A stretch of DNA of 64,000 nt from Styela clava. Lineage: Eukaryota. The stretch is taken from positions 23,312,001-23,376,000 of the forward strand of contig NC_135253.1 in the NCBI RefSeq assembly GCF_964204865.1, read 5' to 3'. Below are positions 1-8,171 of this stretch, one piece after another (position 1 is the first letter of the stretch; each line of letters begins with the position of its first letter). The notes beneath the pieces are model-generated. The model did not search any database, was not told the DNA's origin, and was given only the letters and a program-made list of their open reading frames with translations. Position numbers and translations under genes: made by a program.

Positions 1-660
1 TGTCAACACCGCCGAGTCAGCCGCAACTCAAACAAACAAGGCAATCTTCCAGACTCAAACAGTCATCGACGATTGGAAACACCCCGTTTCATCCTACATC
101 CAAAGGCAACCCTTATGTAAAAGTGATGGTGCACAACATCCAGCCACCGGAATTAACAACATCTTCCGTCTTCTCCACTGCACCTGATGAAATATCCTCC
201 GCACCGGCTAATCTGGAATACAACAAATCAAAATCCAAAACCGAGGACTTACCTGCCAAAAATCTTGACAATTCGGATTATACTATTAAAAGAAGCCGTG
301 AAGAAACGTCATCAGACTCTTCATTTTCAACCACTTTAGAATTTAGACTTGTTGGCAAAAAGAAAAAATAGTTATAAGTTAATTCGGACCCCACAAATCA
401 AAATTCTGTAATCTGGACATTTAATTCGGCCTTTAAACATCGAGCGTAAAACAAACTGCCCAGTTGATGGCATAAAACTCAACTTGATAATACCATCCCA
501 CTTATAGCGGATGTGATGAATGGAAGACTACCTCCTCATGTGGTATATAAAATGGTGATCTCTATGGCAAAGAGAAGGGATCCATATAACTTCCGTCGGC
601 ATAGTCTGGGTATGAAGGCAATTGGGCTGGATTCCAGACTTTGTCGTTCTGATCCGTTTG

Positions 661-697
<37 letters not shown>
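1..697 (+). mobile_element. N1 ORF1-only non-autonomous non-LTR retrotransposon, 3' part (5' end outside window)
   Basis: ORF1 C-terminus and 3' UTR ending TCTGATCCGT; poly(A) 661-697 joined to the SL-gamma intron start GTAAGCTAGAGCCC at 698; matches the full copies downstream. Confidence 0.93.
3..371 (+). CDS. N1 ORF1 C-terminal fragment (partial)
   Basis: Same frame and C-terminus (...TTLEFRLVGKKKK*) as complete N1 ORF1 copies. Confidence 0.9.
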   Translation, partial: STPPSQPQLKQTRQSSRLKQSSTIGNTPFHPTSKGNPYVKVMVHNIQPPELTTSSVFSTAPDEISSAPANLEYNKSKSKTEDLPAKNLDNSDYTIKRSREETSSDSSFSTTLEFRLVGKKKK

Positions 698-701
<4 letters not shown>

Positions 702-1297
702 GCTAGAGCCCGAGCTATTGCTCGTTATTTTATACTGCACATTCCAGATCGAAGTGGTTCGCGCTAACTCCTTCGTGACTTCCTATTCTCGCTAGTACGA
801 GACTTCTCGCGAAGTGAACGAGATAACAACGCGACGTGATACATCCTTTGTTGTCGCCGACTGACTTCTGCTCCCTTAGATTGTTGTCTTACATACATAC
901 ATGTCTTGTTGGAATAGATTGTGCAACCGAATGGGCTACAAACCAGTGACTATCATTATTCGCTGTATAATTAAGGTAAGTTCTGGAGCCGCGGCTCGTT
1001 ATTTAATATCGCACTCTTCGGTTGGAAGAAAACGCGTTCATTTTGTCCACGTTAACCCTTTCGTGACTTGACCTGTCAAAAAACCTTTCCGTGGGACCAA
1101 CGAGTTAACCCGCGCAGGTGCACTTCGTTTGATGGTTGCCGACATCGCGGCGAGTCAGGTTTCTGCGTTACTCGCTGTGTATGTCCAGACTGCTCGTCCA
1201 AGAACTTCAAATCTTGTGAGCATAGACTGTGCAGCCGAATGAGTCTCAAAGCAATGGCTATCATTATTGCTGTTTTGATTAAGGTAAGCTAGAGCCC
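698..1297 (+). repeat. SL RNA gene array segment (gamma intron, alpha gene, beta promoter with gamma-type exon)
   Basis: Matches the 840-bp trimer seen at 7558-8397 and elsewhere. Confidence 0.92.
952..997 (+). ncRNA. SL RNA gene, variant alpha
   Basis: Exon ATCATTATTCGCTGTATAATTAAG, donor GTAAG at 976, AGTTCTGG resembling the tunicate Sm-like AGCUUUGG, hairpin GAGCCGCGGCTC; 3' end approximate. Confidence 0.8.
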
Positions 1298-1653
1298 TTG
1301 ATCAACAGCACGGAGCGTCTGGTGGTCTTTTCTGCCATTCCGCGGCTTTTGCCAGCCCGCTCCGAACTAGGTGTATTGGGAGTGGCCTCTCCCCCTTCGG
1401 GAATTTCTTAGAGGCCACCCCGGCGTTTCCGTAACGGTTTTTATATAATAAACCGTTACCGCTTTTGTTTGTTGCTCTGTTAGTTTATAAACTTCTGTTA
1501 GTTAATAGCCCCAATTTCTACTACTACCATAATATCTAGCTCGTTTTTATTATCCTTCAGTTAGTTTCTTTGTAGTAGGTTTCCTTAATAACTCTTAGTT
1601 GAATAACATCTGGGGTTCTACATTTCTTCTATAGTTTCTCCGTAAAGTTCTTG

Positions 1654-3066
1654 ATGTCTGCCAGGACACACCTGCCTCTCGGCAGTCAGAGTGTCTCTGG
1701 CAGACCGGCAACTGGACCATCTGACCCGCAGACCTCTTCTTCTTCGGCAGCCAAACCACTATTCTCAAGTGTCGCAGCGTCGATTCCGAAGGTCGCGAAC
1801 GTGAAGGGGATCGAAGTTCAACGTGGGGAGTCAATTGACGCCACAACATCGCAGGACATCCCCACTGTCGCCGCTTTCTACCAACTTTTTTCGTCGGTTG
1901 AGCAGCTTCGACCCTTCAGGTCACTTGTTGAAGGAGTGTTCCCAATTAGATCGGGAACTTGGAATATCACCTTCCAGGCGGCAGATGGGGGAAATCGTGA
2001 CAAGTTCCTATCTACGATAGGAAACGAGCTTGATACCCCATCTGGCCGTATTAATTTTTTTTTGCCGCGTGGTTTGGGCACGCGCATTAGTGTGCGGAGT
2101 ATCCCGACGGAGGCGACGATCGAGCAAATTACCACCATGCTCGACTCGCTGAAGTTCGGGAAGGTACGCCGCGTATACCGAATATACCTTAAAAATACAA
2201 AGGTATATAATGGCTACATTCAAGCCATTGTTGATGATTTTAACAGGAATAATTTTCCTGACTTTATCAACATAGCCGGTATGCGCTGTAAGACGTACCT
2301 CCCCGCGGAACTCTATGTAAAATCATGTTTAAACTGCTTCGCTACCGGGCATTTGGCCCGAGAGTGCATTAACCCCCCCTCTTGCCGCCTGTGCAAAAAA
2401 ACCGGGCATGTGCAGAGGGACTGCACCGACTTCCCCTCCATTCCATCTGGCAGGAAGTCTAGTGAAGCAGCACCACCGCAAATTAAATCTCCCGTACAAT
2501 CTGTTTCTAAAACCTTGATGGGGAAGGCGAAATACACCTTCGCCAAGATCTCATCAAGTGCTCCAGCAACGCCTGTACGGAAAGAAAAGGAAAATAATAA
2601 TTATAATAAGGAGAACTCTTCTAGTAAGACTGGTAATTTTCTCAGTCGGGTTACAGTTGATGTCCATCCTGTCCCGACCGAGATACACGATATTACCGAC
2701 TCTCTAGAGTCGGAAAATATGGGAGATAAAATTAATAGGGTTTTAAATAATGGTAGTGGTCCTGGAAAGGACTCGGCTAACCTGGAAGAAAACAGCGACG
2801 ATGATGAGAGCTCTCTGGAAGCTGACTTACTTAATATAGCCAAACTAACAGAGTGCTCGGAAGAAGAACACGTGTCTTTTCGCGAGAAGATACGCATCCA
2901 TCGTAAATCCAAGGAGCCGGGTCCGGACTGGGACTACTCCAAAATTGAAAAGCCTTCGATTCTCAGGGACGAGAAGAGGGGACGCGAGAGCTCGTCTTCG
3001 GACGCGTCATCAGCTCTCCCCCCCCGTAAATCCCGGGGTCTTTCAGAACCATCGGCCGGTGAATAA
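1654..3066 (+). CDS. A1 ORF1, Gag-like nucleic-acid-binding protein
   Basis: ATG at 1654 (track starts at TTG 1651); knuckles CLNCFATGHLAREC and CRLCKKTGHVQRDC; low-complexity C-terminus. Confidence 0.93.
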   Translation: MSARTHLPLGSQSVSGRPATGPSDPQTSSSSAAKPLFSSVAASIPKVANVKGIEVQRGESIDATTSQDIPTVAAFYQLFSSVEQLRPFRSLVEGVFPIRSGTWNITFQAADGGNRDKFLSTIGNELDTPSGRINFFLPRGLGTRISVRSIPTEATIEQITTMLDSLKFGKVRRVYRIYLKNTKVYNGYIQAIVDDFNRNNFPDFINIAGMRCKTYLPAELYVKSCLNCFATGHLARECINPPSCRLCKKTGHVQRDCTDFPSIPSGRKSSEAAPPQIKSPVQSVSKTLMGKAKYTFAKISSSAPATPVRKEKENNNYNKENSSSKTGNFLSRVTVDVHPVPTEIHDITDSLESENMGDKINRVLNNGSGPGKDSANLEENSDDDESSLEADLLNIAKLTECSEEEHVSFREKIRIHRKSKEPGPDWDYSKIEKPSILRDEKRGRESSSSDASSALPPRKSRGLSEPSAGE

Positions 3067-3222
3067 TAAACCATAGCTCCAAGTTTTCATAATCCCTCTT
3101 TTCTGTTTTTTCTATGCTGGTGGATTAACATCCACAATAACCATTTTGATTAATCGTACTATACCAACTGTGCGTAATTTATTGAGTGGTATAATATATA
3201 ATTATTACCCAAATCTCTTTTA

Positions 3223-6200
3223 ATGGATACTTTGAGTTTAGTTTCACTCAATGTTAACGGACTGAACTCAAATAGACACAGGTTAGGCCTCTGGATACGG
3301 AGACACCAACCTGGAATAATTTCCTTGCAACAAGTACACCGTTGCAAAAAAGACGAGATTGATTCCTGGGCAGCCGACCTGGGATACACCGCACACCTCA
3401 ATACCATCCACCATGAAGTCACCTCGATGAAATATTTCAGAGCTGGGACTGGAATTCTAGTTAAAAATAACATCCCCTGTACCATTCTATCGTACAAGGT
3501 TTTAATTCCATACAGGCTCGGCCGTCTGGACTTTTTTTTCAATAGTAGCATTACATGCTTAATGAATGCTTATGTTCCTTCGGTTCGGGGCTGTACTCAG
3601 ACTGACTTCATGGTGAGGATGTGCGGTGTGTTTCAGACCCTAGACCCCCTGGACCCACTTATAATTTTAGGGGATTTTAATGCCGTCTTGGATGAGCGTG
3701 ATGTTCTAATTAAACAGAACTTCGGGCTCACCAAGGCGGAAAAAATACTTGGATCCTCTTTAAAATCTCTTGGTATGATTGATATCTTCCGCCAAAAACA
3801 TCCGGCTGGTCAGGTATATACCTGCAAAGTAGATACACAGGCGCGTAGGATTGATCGAATTTATATCTCCGATCACTACGCGGCCTGTGTGAAAGATATC
3901 TATCATATAATAAATACAGCTTCAGATCACACCCTTGCTCCAGCCCTAGTCTTGAAATCCACCTTGAAAAAGGTGGATGGAAAGGCTAGACCGAAATCTT
4001 CAACGAAGATTAGATGGGGCAAGGGTGCCTGGAGAAATAACACCTCTTTATATAGTGATCCAGAATATCGGGAAATAATAATTAATAGTTATAAAAATCT
4101 TGTTCACCGCATGGAAGAATTTTCATATATTCAAGATTGGTGGGATTTCACTAAAAATAGTATTAAAAAGAGTAGCATTGCTTTTTCCATCTATAAAGCA
4201 GATTTACATAGAAAGAAAAAGGACCATCTGGACTTTTTAATTAGAGATGGACAACATCATGCGGAAATATTAAATTTAAGAAAGGAACTTCTTCTTCACG
4301 AGTCAAAAAAATTAGAATTTATCAAATTAAAAGCACGTATTCAAGGGATGGAAGAGGGTGAAGAGCCCACCAAAATCTTCTATCAGAAACTTAAAAAAAG
4401 AGATCAGGACACCATAATTACACAACTTAAGGATAAATTCGGACAAATTAAAGAAAAACCGGAGGAAATAATTAGTATAGTCCATGACTTTTATAAGGAT
4501 CTCTGGGGAACCACATCAGATATTGATGTGGCAACTCAGGATGAACTTATAAAAGTCATGGAAACCACTCAGTTATCGAGTGATGATAACGGCCTAATTG
4601 AAAATGGAACTACTGAGGAAGAAGTCTTTTCTATAATAAAAAATATGGACAATGGCAAGTCGCCGGGTCTCGACGGCTTGTCTAAGGAATTTTACTTAGC
4701 GTTCTGGACCCTAATCAAAAAAGAACTCATAATTATAATTAATAACGTTTTATTTTCTGGCATACTGCCAGCATCATCAAAAGTAGCAAGAGTTAAACTA
4801 ATTTATAAGAAATCCGACGCTTTAGATTTGAAAAATTGGCGTCCGATTTCAAATCTAAACGTCGATTATAAAATCATCACAAAACTTCTTTCTAGGCGCC
4901 TTTTAAATTCCTTCTCTGGCATAATTAGTCCGACCCAGAAAAGTACCATTCTGGGTCGGTCTATCTTTGATGTGCATTATAATATCACAAGTGCACTCAA
5001 TTATGCCAAATACACTAATAGTCCGTATTTCATTGTTTCCATTGATAATCTCAAGGCGTTTGACATGGTTAATCATAATTATCTTTTGAGACTTCTCGAA
5101 AGCATTAACCTATGTCCAAGCGCCTTGAGATTGATAAAATCCATTTACACCGGCATTACCAGCATCATTGAGGTAAATGGGGCCTTCACCAAAAAAATTA
5201 ACATACTGAGAGGCATCCGTCAAGGGTGTCCTCTTAGTATGTTACTCTACACCATCAATGTGGAGCCCCTCAGCCGATGTGTAATCAATAATAAATTAAT
5301 AAAAGGTATTCGTATTGGTAATTTCACCCACAAATTGGATCAGTATGCGGACGACGCAACTTTTGTTGTGTCGGACGCATACTCGATTGATGCTATTTTT
5401 AATAACTTGGAGCTCTTTCGTCTAGCCACAGGGCAGCGGATCAACAGAGAAAAAACCTCCATCCTCTGTACTAATGATAGGGCGAAGGAGATTCTATCTT
5501 TTTTCCCCTATCATAGATACATAAAGGACCATATTAAAATCCTTGGAATCTACTTCGGTGAAAACCAAATTAATATAACTTGGAGCGAGAAGGTCTCCAA
5601 GATCGAACAAATAATTAATTTTAATCGGTCTAGATCCCTATCCTGGTACGGCAAGATCTTGGTTATCAATTCCTTGATCTTGTCTCAGGTTATTTTTAGC
5701 GCGAGGTCGGTCCCCATACCACCTCCTGTCATAAAATATATTGATCGCAAGATCTTCTCTTACCTCTGGATCTCTGAGCCTATGGAAGTATTGGGCCGGC
5801 GGATCCTCCGGAACGGTAAATCTATAGGTGGAATGGGTGTTCCCTGTCTTAACACCAAGATAGTTGCTTGCCAGGCTGAACGTTTCCAACAACTGGCCTC
5901 TCTTGTTAATCCCACACAATTGTGGCATAGAGAGGCCCAGTTCAGCCTTGGCAGTAAAATAATCCAGGTTAATCCTGGTTTGTTTAGCAACTCGATACCC
6001 CATTCCATCACCGTTCCGGAATCATGGCTGAAAGCCTTCAACACATTTCGTGTTTTGGGGGCTAAAGGCCATGATTGGGATTCTGCCGGTCTAGCTTCCA
6101 TATATAGGACCCTCATGAGTGAAAGAGAAGAAACTCCTCCATCTAATATTAACTGGGAGCGTGTCCACCTTTTGGACCGCTCCCTCAGGATTCATTTTAG

Positions 6201-6726
6201 TAACCCCGAAAGGGAAATTTCTTTCAGGACCGTCCGAAACGGGTTCTTATTTGGACAACGTCGGGCGGGAACCGGTTTTAAATACCATAAATTAAATAAC
6301 CGGCTGCTTAAACTTACTTGTAAGTTTTGTCGCCATGGAGTGGATAACACTCAACATCTCTTTTTAGAATGCAAGCCCTGCCTAAGCATGGCATCCGAAT
6401 TATCCAGAATCTTAAATAAAATCTGTTCGAGTCCTGTAAGTGTTTGTATGGATGATATATTCTACAACACTTACAGTGATAACCATACTCTCGCGGTCTT
6501 GAAAATTTTTCAAATTTTCAAGGTTTTTGTGATTAAAACAAAAAAGATTCTGGATAAGGAAGACCGCTATGCGAAGGAGGGCGACGCGAATAATATAATA
6601 AAATCAGTTATTACTGATTTTAACGAACATCTTCTGGCACGTGAGTTAAAGTATGGGGACGTGACCATCTATGATCTCGTTCCTAATTGGAAAGAGATTC
6701 TTTCTGGTTACGATTCCCATACATAA
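3223..6726 (+). CDS. A1 ORF2, APE endonuclease + reverse transcriptase + C-terminal Zn finger
   Basis: SLNVNG, GDFN, RIDRIY, SDH (APE); KSPGLDG, NWRPI, GIRQGCPLS, YADD (RT); CKFC..H..C; L1/Tx1-type architecture. Confidence 0.96.
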   Translation: MDTLSLVSLNVNGLNSNRHRLGLWIRRHQPGIISLQQVHRCKKDEIDSWAADLGYTAHLNTIHHEVTSMKYFRAGTGILVKNNIPCTILSYKVLIPYRLGRLDFFFNSSITCLMNAYVPSVRGCTQTDFMVRMCGVFQTLDPLDPLIILGDFNAVLDERDVLIKQNFGLTKAEKILGSSLKSLGMIDIFRQKHPAGQVYTCKVDTQARRIDRIYISDHYAACVKDIYHIINTASDHTLAPALVLKSTLKKVDGKARPKSSTKIRWGKGAWRNNTSLYSDPEYREIIINSYKNLVHRMEEFSYIQDWWDFTKNSIKKSSIAFSIYKADLHRKKKDHLDFLIRDGQHHAEILNLRKELLLHESKKLEFIKLKARIQGMEEGEEPTKIFYQKLKKRDQDTIITQLKDKFGQIKEKPEEIISIVHDFYKDLWGTTSDIDVATQDELIKVMETTQLSSDDNGLIENGTTEEEVFSIIKNMDNGKSPGLDGLSKEFYLAFWTLIKKELIIIINNVLFSGILPASSKVARVKLIYKKSDALDLKNWRPISNLNVDYKIITKLLSRRLLNSFSGIISPTQKSTILGRSIFDVHYNITSALNYAKYTNSPYFIVSIDNLKAFDMVNHNYLLRLLESINLCPSALRLIKSIYTGITSIIEVNGAFTKKINILRGIRQGCPLSMLLYTINVEPLSRCVINNKLIKGIRIGNFTHKLDQYADDATFVVSDAYSIDAIFNNLELFRLATGQRINREKTSILCTNDRAKEILSFFPYHRYIKDHIKILGIYFGENQINITWSEKVSKIEQIINFNRSRSLSWYGKILVINSLILSQVIFSARSVPIPPPVIKYIDRKIFSYLWISEPMEVLGRRILRNGKSIGGMGVPCLNTKIVACQAERFQQLASLVNPTQLWHREAQFSLGSKIIQVNPGLFSNSIPHSITVPESWLKAFNTFRVLGAKGHDWDSAGLASIYRTLMSEREETPPSNINWERVHLLDRSLRIHFSNPEREISFRTVRNGFLFGQRRAGTGFKYHKLNNRLLKLTCKFCRHGVDNTQHLFLECKPCLSMASELSRILNKICSSPVSVCMDDIFYNTYSDNHTLAVLKIFQIFKVFVIKTKKILDKEDRYAKEGDANNIIKSVITDFNEHLLARELKYGDVTIYDLVPNWKEILSGYDSHT

Positions 6727-7495
6727 GTCTCGCGTGCCAATTATTATATTATCTAAATAATAGTATTGGGTGTCATAACAACCTGTCCTCATCTCGATTG
6801 CTACCTAGTAACTCTATTACTTTGATAATAAGATCACCAGTTGAAAATAACTAGGTGTAATATAGTTACCATTAACATTAGGCAAACAAATAGTTAATAA
6901 AACGCCACGTACACCTATCTACCTGGCAACCTTTATTATTATTTAATTTATACTCTTATTTATTTTTGTTATCTTCTTCTCTCTTTTATAGCCCTTTCCT
7001 CTCCATCATTTTCTTTCTAACTCTTTTCTTCGTCAATCTGACTCTTTTTCTTCCATTTCTTACCTGCCTGGCCAAGACGGAATACTCGCCACTAGAGGGT
7101 TCAATGAGTGTGCATCAGGGTGCATTTCTCCGAACCCTCCCATGTGGCGGGAAATGTTTCGTCGAGGCCAGGCGTTCTGTTAATCTTTACCTTTTATTTT
7201 TCAGAAAAAGAAAGACCATCTAAAAGCCTCCCCTGCAACAAGTAAGTATAAAAAAGTAAGTATCGGTGGGTTGAGGCCTACTTAAAAAAAAAAAAAAAAA
7301 AAAGTAAGCTAGCGCCCGAGCTGCGGTTCGGTATTTTTTATTGCATTTTCCATACTCCAATTCGTAGAATATTTCAATTCGTTCGTCCTAACCCTCTCTT
7401 ATCTTTTGGCTTTGCGCGAGACACACCGCGGGCGGGCCTCGTTTGTTGTCGCCGACTTCTGCTTCTCGTTTTAGTATTCATTCGTACGCTTTGGC

Positions 7496-7517
7496 ATAGA
7501 TCGTGCAACCGAATGGG
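7496..7517 (+). promoter_or_regulatory. Putative PSE-like proximal promoter element, SL-gamma (example copy)
   Basis: ATAGATCGTGCAACCGAATGGG at -38..-17 from the exon start; same motif at the same offset in all three variants despite divergent spacers. Confidence 0.65.
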
Positions 7518-7533
7518 CTTCAAAACATTGGAA

Positions 7534-7584
7534 ATCATTATTGCTGTTTTGATTAAGGTAAGCTAGAGCCCGAGCTGTTGCTCG
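7534..7584 (+). ncRNA. SL RNA gene, variant gamma
   Basis: Exon ATCATTATTGCTGTTTTGATTAAG, donor 7558, hairpin CGAGC..GCTCG, then a T-rich tract. Confidence 0.8.
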
Positions 7585-7706
7585 TAATTTTATACTGCAC
7601 ATTCCAGATCGAAGTGGTTCGCGCTAACCCCTTCGTGACTTCTTATTCTCGCTAGTACGAGACTTCTCGCGAAGTGAACGAGATAACAACGCGACGTGAT
7701 ACATCC

Positions 7707-7721
7707 TTTGTTGTCGCCGAC
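7707..7721 (+). promoter_or_regulatory. Putative distal promoter element (example copy)
   Basis: TTTGTTGTCGCCGAC upstream of alpha and gamma; TTTGATGGTTGCCGAC upstream of beta (7988-8003). Confidence 0.5.
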
Positions 7722-7773
7722 TGACTTCTGCTCCCTTAGATTGTTGTCTTACATACATACATGTCTTGTTGGA

Positions 7774-7795
7774 ATAGATTGTGCAACCGAATGGG
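7774..7795 (+). promoter_or_regulatory. Putative PSE-like element, SL-alpha (example copy)
   Basis: ATAGATTGTGCAACCGAATGGG at -38..-17. Confidence 0.65.
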
Positions 7796-7811
7796 CTACA
7801 AACCAGTGACT

Positions 7812-7857
7812 ATCATTATTCGCTGTATAATTAAGGTAAGTTCTGGAGCCGCGGCTC
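7812..7857 (+). ncRNA. SL RNA gene, variant alpha
   Basis: 24-nt exon, donor 7836, hairpin. Confidence 0.8.
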
Positions 7858-8081
7858 GTTATTTAATATCGCACTCTTCGGTTGGAAGAAAACGCGTTCA
7901 TTTTGTCCACGTTAACCCTTTCGTGACTTGACCTGTCAAAAAACCTTTCCGTGGGACCAACGAGTTAACCCGCGCAGGTGCACTTCGTTTGATGGTTGCC
8001 GACATCGCGGCGAGTCAGGTTTCTGCGTTACTCGCTGTGTATGTCCAGACTGCTCGTCCAAGAACTTCAAATCTTGTGAGC

Positions 8082-8103
8082 ATAGACTGTGCAGCCGAAT
8101 GAG
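8082..8103 (+). promoter_or_regulatory. Putative PSE-like element, SL-beta (example copy)
   Basis: ATAGACTGTGCAGCCGAATGAG at -38..-17. Confidence 0.65.
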
Positions 8104-8119
8104 TCTCAAAGCAATGGCT

Positions 8120-8171
8120 ATCATTATTCGCTATTTGATTAAGGTAAGCTAGCGCCCGAGCTGCGGTTCGG
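8120..8171 (+). ncRNA. SL RNA gene, variant beta
   Basis: Exon ATCATTATTCGCTATTTGATTAAG, whose 3' part closely resembles the Ciona leader ATTCTATTTGAATAAG; donor 8144; hairpin CCGAGC..GTTCGG. Confidence 0.82.

Larger units (their letters stand above)
1298..7303 (+). mobile_element. A1 autonomous Tx1-like non-LTR retrotransposon, full length
   Basis: 5' UTR, ORF1 (zinc knuckles), ORF2 (APE-RT-CCHC), 3' UTR, poly(A) 7284-7303 abutting the SL donor GTAAG. Confidence 0.95.

Noticed and set aside
513-740. Poly-Lys and poly-Phe ORFs
   Set aside because: Translations of poly(A) tails
1068-1292. Recurrent 74-aa ORF (MTCQKTFPW...) and its antisense 61-62-aa ORFs in the array spacer
   Set aside because: TTG start, recurs only because the spacer is repeated, frameshifted in the copy near 26125, overlaps promoter and SL exon
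1284-1460. HDV-like or hammerhead ribozyme at the 5' end, as in R2
   Set aside because: Could not assign the nested double pseudoknot or a CUGANGA/GAAA core by eye
5638-6116. Antisense ORFs of 118-121 aa inside ORF2 (and similar ones elsewhere)
   Set aside because: Shadow frames with no recognisable motifs, not preserved at equal length between A1 and A2
3223-6726. Bacterial RT systems (retron, group II intron, DGR)
   Set aside because: N-terminal APE domain, Gag-like ORF1 and poly(A) tails identify eukaryotic non-LTR elements
7066-7283. H/ACA snoRNA or SECIS reading of the lineage A 3' UTR
   Set aside because: Hairpin-hinge-hairpin layout exists, but no ACA box 3 nt from the end; no SECIS apical AA geometry and no in-frame UGA
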